64,000 bases of DNA from Marsupella aquatica (GCA_973895155.1 OZ316892.1:5674476-5738475), one strand, 5' to 3'. Counted from the stretch's first letter, positions 12,691 through 26,810 are shown. Notes: generated from the letters alone by a model not told the origin. Numbers and translations are program-made.

Positions 12691-13745
12691 TGTGTCAATT
12701 CCTATTTAGGGTGGGTTTCTACTACTTCTTATCAGGGGGGCTTTACAAGAGGGTGGGGATGGATGTGTCAACTCCTATTTAGGGTGGGTGGCCACCTCTT
12801 CTAAAGGGGCATTACAAGACCCTGCGGGTTTGGTGTCTCTCATGTAATATATTGTCGTCTCAGAGTATAGAGCAAATGCGGAACTTGAGAGTACATTCAA
12901 TCATATGCTACACCAACGAGATATCACCGATTGAGAAACGTTTGAAAAAATCCATAACGAATGTATAGGAGTACATGTGAAACATGAGGTAGAAAATTCT
13001 CTCACTCAAAACTATACCCCACAAGAGGCACTAAGATCATGTGTGGACCTAAATGAAGTGTATCTTATCCTAATTGAATCAAGGGTTAAATAACCCTAGT
13101 AAGGTCAAACTAACCAGAGAAGAAACTCAAGTCAATTTCTAACATCTTCATCCAAGCGGGTGGCCACTTCTTCTAAGCGAAGCTTTAGAACAGGTGGGGG
13201 CCAATGTGTCAACTCCGATTAGGGTGGCCACCCACCTCTTCTAAGGAAGCTTCACAAGACAGTGGGCGTTTACTGTCTCCCATCCAAAGCAAAGCTGATG
13301 TCAGTTTCATACACTAAAGTTAAAATATGTGGGCCAAAATGTGAGATCTGGAGATAATAAATGCAATACCCTGAATAGAAAGGGGTGATTGCTCCATTCG
13401 TTTAGACCACCTCAAGAGGGAGTCTAAGCGGGGGTCTAAGTTTTTGACAAAAAACCAGGCCAAAAAGGGACCACAAGGGGCCCACTTACAGATGACTAGG
13501 ATTGGTAATGGTTTTGCTTGATTGTGCCCCCAAGTTCATATAAAGTGAAGTGTGGCTTGTTCCTGCATTTGAATGGCTAGGATTGCATCTCACACAGAAA
13601 AAAAAGGAACTGCTGCCCCAGTTCTTATAAAGCCCCCCTAAAGATACTAGCCTTAATGCCCAGTTTTGCTCATAAAAAGAAACAATATGTAATGAATAAT
13701 GTGGTGTCAACTCTGATTTAGGGTGGGTGGCCACTTCTTCTAAAG
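12691..13745. repeat. Dispersed ~55-70 bp direct repeat, about 5 copies (~12691, 12763, 13157, 13205, 13704)
   Basis: Core TGTGTCAACTCC(T/G)ATTTAGGGTGGGTGGCCACTTCTTCTAA recurs upstream of EMC7. Confidence 0.75.
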
Positions 13746-15817
13746 ATACTAGCCTGAATCCCAGTTTTGCTCATAAGATGAAACAATTTTTAATTACTTT
13801 GACACAGAAGATTCCAATTGAGAATACTGCCACAATTTTTATTGTGTTTACAAATGTATATCACCGTATATGGATAACTAGCTTACCCACCTAACCAAAG
13901 TAACCATATACAAAGATTATGACATAGTTATATTATAGATCATATAAACAAGTGACAGTATTGTTAATTGAAGCAACTTTAGTGGCATTGTAGTTGAAAG
14001 CTTTAAATAGAAAAGTTGAATACAATTATGCTCTATTCCAGTGTGACCCCACTTGTGCTGCAGGAGTCCAGGTCTAGAGGTTTCAGTCTAGAATGCCCAG
14101 TTTTTCTCATAAACAGATGTTTAGTATGATCATGCTCGTTTCCAGTTGACCCCGGCATCTACCACCTATGCCCTATGGTCACTGTCTGAGGCTTCACTCT
14201 AGACCATAGGCCTTTATTCTAGTTTTTTATTGTGCTTTACTCAATGATACACCTGGCCTAACAAAATTGAAGTGAACTTCTAGAGGTGGTTTGAGATTCT
14301 AAACAAAACATGCACTAGCCACCAATATACTTGGACCTACTCCTTGTCATGTAGGATCAGTAGACACCATACTTGAATGGCCCTCAAGTTCTTGTAAAAC
14401 CAATATATTGCTACCGTTCCCTCTAATATATGATCCAGACTTAATCTCTTAGAGAATGAAAATAAGACAGTTGACCCTGTACATCTTGTAAGGCCACCCT
14501 TACTACATTGCCACCCTTTTTTGTCCAATTCTTTGTCCAAAGACATACTTTCTTAGTTATTCTTTTTAGTAGCATTGCTATTTTGCTGTTTTCCACTTCT
14601 GGTTAACCGCAAATGTTTACTCTAGTTAACTTGAAACTATCCAAATGTCAACATCCAACCAGGTTTTGCTCACATGGGGCATCAATGTCCTCTACCCTAT
14701 TAACCTCTGCACCCTTTCCATCCCTTGACAGTGGGTTGGGTCTCTTAGTTACTTTGCTCCTACCCAAACCGGCTCTGACCCCTCCTGGTTGGGCCCATCC
14801 TCCCTGGTCAAGAATGGGCAAGGGTATTGAGGTTAAGTAGAGGACGGTGACAACTGCCCAACGATGAAAGTGTCTGGATGTTGACGCTTCAATCATTCCA
14901 AGCTAGCTAGAATTTCTTTGGTTAAACCAGTGGTCAAAAAAGGTGGCAAGTAGTAATTTTTCCCTACCCAAACGTTTTGTCATTTTCCCTACTATTATGC
15001 TTATACCTGGCCAAAACCATGTGTTTGCAGCCAATTTGTCTCACAATATGTTTCTCTTGCCTGGGCATTTAGACTCAAATAAAGCAGCTTTTAAGCTGCC
15101 CTGACAAGAATTTAATTCCTCTACATTTGTCAAAACTGCCTGCTGTATATTTTCTAGCCCCACTGTTTTCGGGAGGTTGAATTTTTTAGTTAAGCACCAA
15201 TTCTTTTGAATTAGTTATCATTCTTGTAGACTGGATTAGTACAGTGGTACTATCAGCTCTCATTATAACCAAGGTATTCCATAAATACCTTGGCTATAAT
15301 ATTCCATGTACTCATGCAATACTCCACTCTTGAGTTCACTCTTTGGGGGGCGGGGGGACGGAGGGTGGAGGGGGTTGGAGTGGAGTTCGCAAAAAGCTGA
15401 CATCACAGGAGAACCGAAGCTACAGTCTTCCACCCCTCTTGTTAAATGGGTGAGCTTTGTTCAAACCTTATACCACAGCTGTCTTTTTGTTACATATTGA
15501 ACAAAATGTTGTGTTAAATGGGCAATGTGTTTGAATTGGGAGTTGGGTTTAAAAGTTGGCGTTCGGTTTGAACAACAGCCATGATTGAAAAAAACACACA
15601 AAATGCAAGCACTACAAACCTAGAGCTCTTCCATCGAGTGTCATGTCCGACCTCAAAACTTTAACACAGCTCCCGTGCGCTGTGTGTGAGGGAAGATGGT
15701 AATGAAGAGAGTGTGGGCATTCAAGCAATCCACTCAAAGACAACCATGTATGGGGAACAGGGCAAGGAGAGCTTCAGAATAAGGGTCATTCATGAGCCTT
15801 TAGTACAGATTGAGATT

Positions 15818-16242
15818 TGTTCTGAATGCTTATATCACTATTAACGAAGGAAGTTTGTAATACCATACATTTTGAGTAGAACAACCATTACTCATAAGAC
15901 AACATAACATGCACATATGAAACATTGATTTCATCAAACACACAAGTAATCAACATAAGAGATATGTGGTTCACCTGATTAGAGGCTACATCCATGAGAA
16001 CACACAATAAAACTTTATTGAACTCTAAGCCTTTTAGCCATATTGAGTCTCCACAAACTAAGCCCTTCCTATCTCCCAAGTGGTTTTGTAACAATTGAGC
16101 CTAAGTTCCATCCACTATCTAAGTCCTGCTAGTGTAAGTAGTAGTTGCATATCTAACCGTAACCAAGCACTTAACTATGGTTATGCTAAGCACGGTATGC
16201 TACATAGTAACTCTAGACCTAAGAGTAACTAGATGTCTAACA
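15818..16242 (-). mobile_element. Solo LTR (probably Copia-type)
   Basis: TG...CA ends (TGTTCTG...CTAACA). Shares GATATGTGGTTCACCT and GAGGCTAC with 46832-47080, and CATAGTAACTCT with 46145-46507. No clear TSD. Confidence 0.55.
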
Positions 16243-16299
16243 CACATTTCTAAGATACAATTCCAGGCTCATCAATGAGTTTTCCTCTATTTATGAAAA

Positions 16300-18300
16300 A
16301 ATAACATAATTGATGTTGGACCCGATGTTTGTCATGGCGTGCTTGTTAACATTGCAATTAGGTTGATGTTTTGCTCATCTCTAAGACATAGGATCAAATG
16401 GTGATATCCCATGCCTTGCTTTCTTGGCTTAAAGAATTGTCCAGATATGGGTCTATGGCACATGCCATATGCAACTTTGATAGCAAGTTTATGGGGTCAA
16501 TGGTCAAAACAAGAGGTGCTCCTGATTGGGAAGGACTATCACCAGAGAAATTTGGAAGCTTGTGGGTTAATCCCATTGGACCAGAGATTGGACAAAGAGT
16601 GATACCAAATCCACTTGCATCACAAGGGGCCATCTTACTTTTCAATAAACAGTATTTTGGCCACAAATCTTGGATGGGGTTGCTTGGTGGGGGTGGGCAG
16701 GCAAGGAAAAGTGCCCTTTGGAAACCCTTGTTAAAAGTGAAATCTTAGGCTGGCTTTACATGCGGGCAATGACCCGTCATTTGCTTGGTGTTGCTTTTAA
16801 ACTTCATTGGATCCATTCATTTAAAGTGGTTGAACAAGTGCCTTTACATGAGATTGAGCACTCATTTGTACAAGAAATCTTGCAATCAGATATAGCCGGC
16901 TCATCCTGGAACTTAGTTAGTTAATTTATCTTGTAGCGAGTGGATATTAATGAAAGTATATCTGTATGTAGGACAATAGACTTCGGGCAGGGCATTTTGT
17001 GAGGGCAGGAAATGAGGGGCTGGCCAGGACTGCAGGATCTAGCGCTTGGGGAGAATTGCACGGTGAGGATTGGGCTGCTGGGCAGCTCACTGCTATGTGG
17101 CTCGATTGAGTCAGAGATATCGCTGTGGGATTGATGTTGTGTGGGCTGAATGGAAGTGGGCTCCATCGTTTGCTGTGGGGCTTGATGCTGTGGGGCTGGA
17201 GTGTTGGCAGGGGCTGAATCTTGATGTTGTGGGCTGGAATGTCGGGGGCTCTGGGTTTTCGATGCTCAACGAGATGCTCAACATCCTTTTTGATGTGAGC
17301 CTGTGCTCGAATGGAGGGGGAATCGTTGCTCTACCTGCTGTGAGGGCTGAGCTGCTGTGTTTGAATGGAGGGGGGATCGTTGCTCTACCTCCTGTGCTCG
17401 GATTTTGCTGCGCTCTTTTTGGACCTCTGTGCTTGGTGCTCGGATTACACTGCTTGTATTTTTGCTGCTCCATGCTGAGTTCAGTCTCATTGTGCTCTCT
17501 TAGACTTGTTTTGAACTCGGTTCTAACAACAGAGCTGTCGTATTTTGCTACTTCGTTTTGAAAACAGAGCTGTTGTATTTTCCAGCTCGGCTGGCTGGCA
17601 AAGGAGAGAGAGCTTGCGATGGGGCTGAACATACTAGCTGGGTGCTGCGATGGGCTGCCAGGCTGCTCTCATGGCTCTAACTAGTTCCTGAGTTTTCTGG
17701 AACTCATTTTGGTTCATGCTCGATTTCTTAGGCATCAGTGCTCGGACTCATTGCTCGATGTTTAGTTTGTTAGTCCATACATGCTGTGGCTGTGCTCTCA
17801 CTGTCTCTTGTTTTGTTTGCCTTGATGTTGCTTGACCATTGGCTACTAGAGAGTTTAGAGTTCTGTATGTCATCGCTGCCTTCTAGCTGGATGCTTGTGC
17901 TCGATGTTAGTCGTTACAGCTTGCTGGATGCTTGTGTTGGATGCTAGTCGCTGCTGCTTGTTGGATGATCAATACTCGTTGCTGCTGGATGTTCCATGTT
18001 TGTGGCCTGGGCTGTGCCGTTTTGATGTGCTCATTTTGGATTTTTCTTTGGATAGCTCTAGAATCTTTGTCAAATCCTAGATGTCTTGCTTTGCACTCTT
18101 AGCTTGTTGATTTGATTTCCTCTCAGATTTCCTGAGCTCTGTTAAGGTTGCAGTCATCCCATTCTAGATTCCTATGTTCCCAAATTCAATTTGCCTCCTT
18201 GCCATCCATGGGTTCAGAGTCCAGACTCTGCTTGGAAGGTTGTCCAGTGCTCACTGGACAATTCAGGGTTCAATTCCCTGCCAGATGTTCAAGTGCATGG
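16300..18300. mobile_element. Highly degraded retroelement-like remnant with internal ~52-bp duplication (17300-17400)
   Basis: Strand-skewed GT-rich composition and broken Trp-rich reading frames; no catalytic motif found. Confidence 0.25.
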
Positions 18301-20820
18301 TGCCTTTAAGAATTAAAAAACAATCAAGAAACAGCAAACTGCTGCCAAAGGGCTGTAGAAAAAAACAATTATCACTCATGTCTCAGAAAAAATTTCCACC
18401 ATTGCATACATCTGGTTTGTTTTAAATTTTGTCTCGGTAAAAAATTCCTGACATTGTTTGGGATTTGGGTAAAATGTAACCTTAAATTTTCCTTAAAAGG
18501 GGTAAAAAAATTAAATCAAATGTAAGGATTCTTTTTTCTGCAAGAGGGGTTTGAAAATCATATATAGGGGGATAATTTTGACAAATGTCTTATAGTAAGA
18601 GCACATTAAGACCTTAATTTATGCTAAAATAAAACAGGGAAAAAAACGTAACGTTGCTTTCCCATATAGCAATGTCGGAAATTTTTTACCAATCAGACAT
18701 GGACTGAGGTGGGTCCCTAGGGGCTCATTAAGAATAAACCCCCAATCTACATGTAAACAAACCAAAAATTTGAATTATATATCATTAATTTTTTTTAGAG
18801 TTTTGGAATATTTTAAAAATTGTGTTACATGTAAATGGGCAGAATTTCAATATTTAATAGTCTCATAAAATTTATGATGCAAAAATGTCACTGTACATAA
18901 CCCCTAGATTAGAAAAACATTGACTGATTGGCCGAAAGTGGATTTAACAATACATGCATTTGTTTGCACCCATGTCCTTGATTAGGGCCCCAAGGAGTGG
19001 GTCCCCCAAGATGCTTATGTGGAGGGTGTATTTTAGGTCAGCGCTTAGACCACCTCTTAAGGTGGCAGTTCAAAACAATAGCACGTCCTTCTCCTTGTTC
19101 TTCTCATTCCATACACCCTTCAATACTCGTGCCTGACCTTCCTATTTTGGTCAATAGGCATTGATCAGGTATGGTGGAATACAATTGACCAGTCCATTTT
19201 GTCATCGTGTAAGGCCACCCAATTTTGTACCTGTTTGGTAACAGATCCAGTTAGAGAGGAAAATTGTAAAAATCATTGAAAATGCCACACCACATTCTCT
19301 GTTTTATGCCACTAGATACCCAAAAATCAACAGCATACATTTTCCCCAGTTTCTTTGATTTGTTTGATTGACTTACTGTACAAATTCTTTGATTTGTGTC
19401 ATTGACTGGCAATACAGCCCAAGTGCATTGTCTTACTTTGCATGCTTGGATAAACACTTTTGGGAATTAAGGAAGGGAAGAAGAAAAGAAACTTAAAAAA
19501 CAAAGGCCAGGAGGAAGATCACGGAAACAACTGAGAACCACCAACACCACTTCTCTCAGGCTGCGTACATCCTCTGTTTGACTAGATTTGAGTGGGCGGC
19601 GGATTGAATCCATAATGCACGATGAAGCCTTTGGTCCTGTCCTATTGCCCTGCTGATGATCTTCCCAATCAATGGAGTTATGCATCAAAGAAAGGACCAA
19701 ATTGAAGGATGGTCACTGCTTTTTACAGGTGGATACAGATCACCAAAGTTTGTAAAAAATGATCTTAAGAAAGTAAAAAAATGGAGCATTTTCTCCTCCC
19801 ACTGATTCAGGGACAGTTGCAGGTTGAGCCAAAAAAAATTCACATCACCACAAATTGTCAAATGAAACTCTAATTGTGGTCATTCAGCATGCCTGGTTGT
19901 GAACTTGAAGTGGTCTCATTCTGGTTGTCTGTTTCTGCTCTAGCAAAACTGTCAGTGACTATAAGAGCAAAACACATCCTGAAGTCTCTTGGCAGTGTCA
20001 GGCCCTATCTGAATCCCCACTAATTCAAATGAGAGACAACACTCAACTCACCTTCTATCAGGGCCTAAATAACAGTTGACTGACCCTGATTGGGTCACAT
20101 TCGATCTAGTGGGGCACAATTCAGAAGCTAGGATAAGGCCTATGGCCTACAGTAAAGCCTCTATGCCTTGACTTTGAGGTAACAGATACAATTGGGGTGA
20201 AATGGACACCATGGGACTCATTATCTATTTACTGGCAAAGCTCGAGCATTCAGGCTACTTACCCACAAACACAAATATGGTGTCTCATAGCTTGTTCTCA
20301 TAACAAACTGCCATAGCTTGTTCACAGCTTCATGTGAAAGTTTTTTTCTTACATTAGCCTCTTAGGTGACTGATGGTGATGGCATAATTATGACCACTTT
20401 TGACATATGGTGATGGCATAGTGATGATCAATCTTTATGGCAAAAAGTTATAGATAATGAAATTGGTAGTTTTTTTTGGTTCACTAGCCTAGCTGGTGAC
20501 TTCTGGTCATGGCATATGAGAAATCTTTATGGCAAAATGTGGGTATGGCCTATGCCAAATCTTTATGGAAAAAAGTTATCTTATCATGAAATTGGTAGTA
20601 CATAGCTTTTTATGTATGTAACCTTAAAATTAAAAAAAAAATCCATGAAATTTTGAGGTTTCAGACCCCTACTGCAACCGACCGAGAAGATGAGGACAAA
20701 GAAGAAAGGCTCACTAGTCACTACGTAGAATGAAATACAGAGTCTCCAGTTCTAGCGACGGCAAGAAAGAAAACAGGGGATTCATTATTGAGGGTTCGCT
20801 TGGCTGCTCGGGTGGTGGAC

Positions 20821-20907
20821 TGGTGATGGTGGTGGTGGTGGTGGTGATGATCCGAGCCAGCGAACAACCGACGGAACGAAACGCGGGAAAGAATTGAAAA
20901 CACGGAG

Positions 20908-20941
<34 letters not shown>
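20821..20941. repeat. (GGT)n and (GA)n microsatellites at the start of a purine-rich tract
   Basis: Directly visible simple repeats. Confidence 0.9.
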
Positions 20942-20942
<1 letters not shown>

Positions 20943-22955
20943 AATTCGGGCATGGAATTGACGATTTTGCCGTTGGGTCATCAGACGCGTGGCGGAGGGG
21001 AAAGGAGAGGAAGGTGATTCGATGGAGTATGCGAATTATGAGTAGGTGGGTACAAGGTGTCTATTGAGAGAAAGAGAGAGAAAGAGAGAGATCCAGGTTT
21101 GGAGATGGATGATTTTTGCTCTGGTGAGGTCTGACGCATGACGGAGGAGAGAAGAGGAAGGGTGATTTTTGTTGGGTGGGTTGAAGCAGGACAGAGATCA
21201 GTACTGGAGGAGAGGATGGGAGAGAGGAGGAGGAGGGAGCGTGACGATGTGTTCCCTTATTAGTGAAGAAAAGGACTATAAGAAGCGATAAGGATGGAAT
21301 GAGAAGAGGCGAAGAAGAGAACAAGAGGACGCATAGCTATGATGGAGTGATGGAGCTGATGGCTTCCGTCACGAGTGGGAGAAAGAGATGTGGCGTCTGA
21401 GATGATCTCTCGTCGAGTCAGCGAGAGAGAGAGAGAAAATTCGTTGGAACGAAAGTAGGTGGAGAGGAGAAGGAAGTGTAGGCAAGGATTCGAGTAGATA
21501 TAACCGTGGAAGGAAGCATAAGGAGAGTTGGAGGAGGAGTGGGCAAGGATTCAGGGTGATAAATCAGATTTGGTGCTCTGAAGACAGAGCGTTTGAAGCG
21601 ATTTCTCACGAAGGTACGACAGAGGCGGGAGAAATTAATAATGTTTTGTAGGACAATTCTAGTAATCTTTTTGGTTATCTTGTTTGGCTCGAGATTGGCA
21701 ATATTTTTGGACAACATGATTGTTTGGTGTAGTGTAACAGAGGAGCGCCCCGACCCACGATCTCGATGTGATCTTTCAAGGCTGAACGCAGAACTCACTT
21801 CGATGACAGTTTTCCTTTATCGGAACCGTGTGTTGCCTGGCAGGCGCGGGGTTTGGTGAACAAAGACGACGATCATAAAGTTTTGATCGTGGGCGGAATT
21901 GCCGATTGCTATTTTGACCTTTGACCTTTGACGTGGGGATTTCCATTTTTTCATTACTCCCGATCAAGTGAGTCCCGCGTGTGTCTTCCTTCTATTTGAA
22001 GTTCTTTCGAGTTTTTGTTACAGAAGGACGGAGCTGTAAGGGTTTTCATTTTGTACATCATGAATCAATATTTGAACGTAGACTTAGCTAACCAGTGGGG
22101 TTGGTTCGCGTTTGACATTCAAGTTGTTTTTCCAATTCATTTGAATTTTTTTCCTTTGAAGAGATAACGTAGTAGATATTGATGGTCCGAGGACGATAAG
22201 TGTTTCGGAACCGGTTTCGATCCACCCGTGCATGTCAAACCGCGGCTAATTTGGCCAATCTCTCGTCGTTGAGGAAACCGTCTTGAGAGTCTTCAGACGA
22301 TTTCCGTTCAGCGACTTGAAATGCCTTTTTACCCGGTAAGGTTTTGTGTTTCAAAATATGAACTCTGCATCGTTCGCTCCGTTTTCACATGGCTCATTGG
22401 TTTCAGTGTGCCCCAATTTTCGCAGCTTCATTTCTGGAGACTGTGCACCAGAGAATTCTGGAGGACGTGCCACTAGCTTCAGTCATTTTCCTTTTCAATG
22501 GTGCGGAGGAAGTTCTGCACTTGGTGAGACCCTTGGTCATCATTGCTCCTTAGCAAAATACTCAGTTTCAAATTGTCAGTTCTGACTATCCCGACGGTCA
22601 AGGATACGCTTGAGTTGTCTATGGTACCCGAGAGTTATGTATGAACCAAATCGTATTTCTAACAAAAACATGAGGATCATGCTCGAGAAAGTCGATCAAT
22701 CAAATGTGACTGATGCTAAATAGCGGATCATATCAATTGTATGATCGATATTCACGTGTTGATGTACAGGTGCTATATGAAGTGACAACAGGGCCATCAT
22801 CGCCTCTGTCCTCAGGATAACGAGGACGGTTTTCCTTCGCTGGAGTGGTCCAGTCGTTCTGAGTGTACCTTTGGAATCCAAGCCATAGATTCAGTTGCCT
22901 CAGTTTTTCAGGTGTGGAGTGCAACTGACGGACAGATAGATAGATAGATAGATAG

Positions 22956-23846
22956 ATGGCACGGACGAGCAAAAGAGGATGGATGAAGGTGTATGAGATA
23001 TATGGAGTGCAAGAGGCAGGGGCAGTAGCAGGGCTAGTATGGCAAGCCCTAGCGTTCGGTTTGGGTACTCAGATTCTCTGGTGGTACTTCACGCCCTGCA
23101 CGAGAAAGCTGGCCTTGACCGTCAGAATCATCCCTTTCCAGGTGTGGGGATTCCTCCTGGGCTTCATCATTGGTATCATGGCCCTCCTGACTCTCTGCTT
23201 CGTTGTCACAGCGGCAAACCTCCTCTACACCAATGTGATCTTACGGTACAGGATGGCCCGGAGAATGGTGGGAATGGTGGAGGATTGGTCCAAAGTGGTG
23301 TCAGTCCTGGATGTGGGCTGTGGCAGTGGGCTCTTGCTCAACACCGTGGCTCTCAGGCTGAAGAAAGAGGGATGTGGGGGTCGAGTTGTGGGGGTTGATT
23401 TATGGCTCAACAACAAGGGTAGCAAACATAGGACCATGGCAGGAACCCTCAGGACAACCACCCTTGAAGGAACACAAGAGTATGTGACCTGCAAGAGTGG
23501 GGATGCACGGAATCTCCCGTTCACAGACAACTACTTCAACGTTGTTGTATCTGCTATGTGCTTGAACAACCTCGGGGAGGAGCTAGGTAGGGCAACAAGT
23601 GCAGCAGCAGAGCAGAGGAGGATAGGGCTGGAGGAGATTGCGAGAGTGTTGAAGCCCGGTGGGCAGGCTATTGTCTGGGATATGTCTTATGGGCCTCAGT
23701 ATGCGAAGACTCTTGAGGAGTTAGGAATGGAATCGGTCTGTGTGTCTGAACCGGTATCTGCCTACATGCTGCAAAGCCATATCGTTAGTTTTAGGAAGCC
23801 CAAGCCCAAACCGAAACCTAAGCCCTCGTTCAGATTTGCATCATGA
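22956..23846 (+). CDS. Membrane-anchored class I SAM-dependent methyltransferase (Methyltransf_11-type, plant At3g15530-like), single coding exon
   Basis: N-terminal TM segments, motif I VLDVGCGSG, GDARNLPFTDNYFNVVVS, EIARVLKPGG; (GATA)n repeat abuts the ATG. Confidence 0.92.
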   Translation: MARTSKRGWMKVYEIYGVQEAGAVAGLVWQALAFGLGTQILWWYFTPCTRKLALTVRIIPFQVWGFLLGFIIGIMALLTLCFVVTAANLLYTNVILRYRMARRMVGMVEDWSKVVSVLDVGCGSGLLLNTVALRLKKEGCGGRVVGVDLWLNNKGSKHRTMAGTLRTTTLEGTQEYVTCKSGDARNLPFTDNYFNVVVSAMCLNNLGEELGRATSAAAEQRRIGLEEIARVLKPGGQAIVWDMSYGPQYAKTLEELGMESVCVSEPVSAYMLQSHIVSFRKPKPKPKPKPSFRFAS

Positions 23847-26810
23847 CCGACCCGACCTTAGAGAATGTTCTGGTTCCATCTACAGGTACCGTGTTGTTGT
23901 TGCTCGACGTTTTATTTGTGGCACTTGGGAAATTCCTCGCCGTTGATCTCCCATGCTTGTATATTATTCCAGTCAGCGGAGGATTCATTCGCGCTCGGAA
24001 GTTTTTTGGGAATTCACCCAAATTCTTCCAGACGAAGGAGAGGCTGTTCGGAAGATAAAGTGAAGATTATGAAACGCTCGTAATTGCTGACTAGCCGTCA
24101 ACAAAAAGTGTCTTTGCGGTTGGGAAGCAAAATTAATTAGACAGGATGGCCGTTGAATTCTCTCTTGATCAGGTTACTTGAAACGAGTTACTGCTGTGAA
24201 GACCCCCCCCTGTAATTTTTTGTCAAATGTCTTGGGCGTCCAGAGAGCCTGTCAGTTGTGAAAGAACGATATTTCCACAGATGCACGCTGCAGATGGACT
24301 CGGACGATCCGGGCAAAGAGAGCAAGCTGTGCAAGATCAGAAGGAGGTACTTACTTTGATGGTACTGTTGTACTATGTATATTTCTTTGTCACTCTCGTG
24401 TTTTTGCCACCTAGAAGCCAATCTCTCATAGTCTCAATTGGGGATCTGTCGCCTTCGAAATTAATCTATTCATCCATGGACATCTGTACCAACGTGTATC
24501 CGATTATGTGAACTTTGTTATCTGTACCCGATTCCTTTCTCTCAGTCTTTATCTTATGCAATTGTGTACCTCTCTCACTAGAGATCGTGCGATCTTTCTC
24601 ATTTTTAATCTTTCATGGGGGTAGTATACGTACTCCCAAATCAGCCGAAGTTGATGAGGGCATATACCAGGGCCTACTGCTTCGCATTCCCAAGCGTTAA
24701 CCTCCCATGCTGAAGGCACAGGTCCTTTTCAATGAAGAGCATCGTTGTATATGAAATTTCGTGACCATCACTGACCAGAGGAAAGAATCTGCTAACGATA
24801 ACACAATCTATCAACGCACCAGGCTACCCTGCGTCTGGTTAATATTGCATTGTATTGCATTGTATTGTATTTCTGATTGTTGTTTTCTCGTTCCCATCTG
24901 GCTCTGTCGCCATCTTGCTCCTCATTGCAATGTTGGATCAGCCATGCATTCATTCTTGGCCGATGCACTTTTATTGGACTAGACTATTTTCATACTGCCT
25001 CAATCAAGTTCAGCGTATTCGGTTCCTGTCACGTATTCGCAGACATTATTTGTAGTATCGGGCTTCTTGTTTTTTCCAGTGACCTGCAAGCTTGCTGTAA
25101 CCTGGCTTCCCATGATCGTCACGAATCACCAAACACACAGTATAAGATTTTGAATTGTGTCGCTCAACGAATATCTAACTGAGTCAGAGTGACGCTTTCT
25201 GCTAATTTTAAACGTGAGGGTACGCTGGGTTGCTATTCAAACTGATTTCTCAATCCGTGTTTTATGCAGACTGCACTCATTGTCAAGGAAAAGGTGCTTC
25301 ATGGGAATGAGATGCGATAACTGCAGACGAAACACTGGGTCTGACAGCTGATGTTGGTAATTAAGTAATTGAAGACGAATAGATCTCCTCTTTTCAGTGG
25401 CCAATTGTTAATGTAAATGTTAAGTCACGTGGAACTTAGAACTGCATAATTTTTTAAAGTGTCCTGAAAGCGTTTAAGCACCGATCAGTGTTCTCATGAC
25501 TGTTATCAGGTCATTTGTTCATGGTTCTAAATGATAAGACTTCGTAAGGACTATTTGAAAATCCCATGTTTACAGCAACTACTGTGGCACTTTCTCATCT
25601 ATGCTGGAGAGGTCTAGTACATGAAGTGCGCGCTTGTATTTCTGTTCTTTCTTTGGTATTATTGGCGATGTTGTGAGACTTGCCCCATTGAGGCTTAAAC
25701 TGGATTCACTTATTCAGTTTTCAGTTTCCTTGCCAGGAAAAAAATTAGTTCTTATCATTTGATGAACTTCTGAATGCGTTATTGAGGTTGGGATTTAAGT
25801 TGTCTCTGGCATCCTTTGCTATCAAATCCAAAGGTTTCCAGTGTCCATGCTCCGGTGAATGCTGTCAGTGTGCTCCTGAGGGTACTATGTTTGGACATGG
25901 TTGAATTTGCGAGTTTTGTCCAGAACTTCAATAAAGAAACGAACACTGGTAGCAGCTATGGCTGTAGAAACAATGTTACCTTAGAAAACAATGTTCCTCT
26001 AGCATATAAGGTTGTCTGTTACAACCTGGATGGAATCACATAGGGAATAGTGTATGAATCCAAAAGAAAATACTCTAGTTCTAAACGATATGGAAATCAC
26101 ACGCGAATCGTGTATCAATGCACCAAAAAATTGCTCAAAATTATAAACCATAAATTATAAGGACGATTAAACACTTGTTGAGAGTTCAGTTGTGTCGTCG
26201 ACTTGTGAGGCCCCGGGCTTCAATTCCATGTTAGCCTGTCCGGTGCCAAAGTAAATAAGTAAACGACTAAGTAAAATCCCTTCTTCAGATTTGCCGGGCC
26301 ACAATGTGTTGTACTTTCTCGTTCAACTTTTCTACTCAAATTCGCCATGTCGGGTGTAACAGACCGGGACTAATCTTCCTTCTTACTTTCAAAGTGGCAT
26401 GAGCTCCTCAGGCTCTACCAAGTGTTTGAAAATTGGAATGAGTTAAAAGTGACAGTTCAATGGGGAATTACCATGAGACTGCTGTGGGGCACTTTCTCTA
26501 GGAACGAGTGTGAGATGCTTGTTATTAGACGTGCCACTTTCATCAGTACGTAACGTGCTAAAGGCCCAATATGCCACAACGTCTCCTTAGTGACTGCCAT
26601 CTCCAAAACATTTCTGTTCCCAACGTCGTGAACAACGTAGGGCAGCTCTCCCTTGTGATTGCCGTTCCATAATCTCAATTTGACAGTTACTAATTTGTAA
26701 CGGCTCTGTTGAGGATTGTGCTCAGTACTTCCGATCAATGGGGTCCCTGGGAACAACACGCGCAGTTCCCAAGAAATTTACAACAGCTCTGCTTTAAGAA
26801 GGTAAGCTTT

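Larger units (their letters stand above)
13416..19056. mobile_element. Possible old non-autonomous TIR element with nested insertions
   Basis: Left GAGGGAGTCTAAGCG vs reverse complement of the right end GAGGTGGTCTAAGCG (13/15), flanked by TCAA and TTAA. No transposase seen inside. Confidence 0.3.

Noticed and set aside
20714-21324. Poly-His / poly-Thr / LSLS minus-strand ORFs
   Set aside because: Translations of (GGT)n and (GA)n microsatellites.
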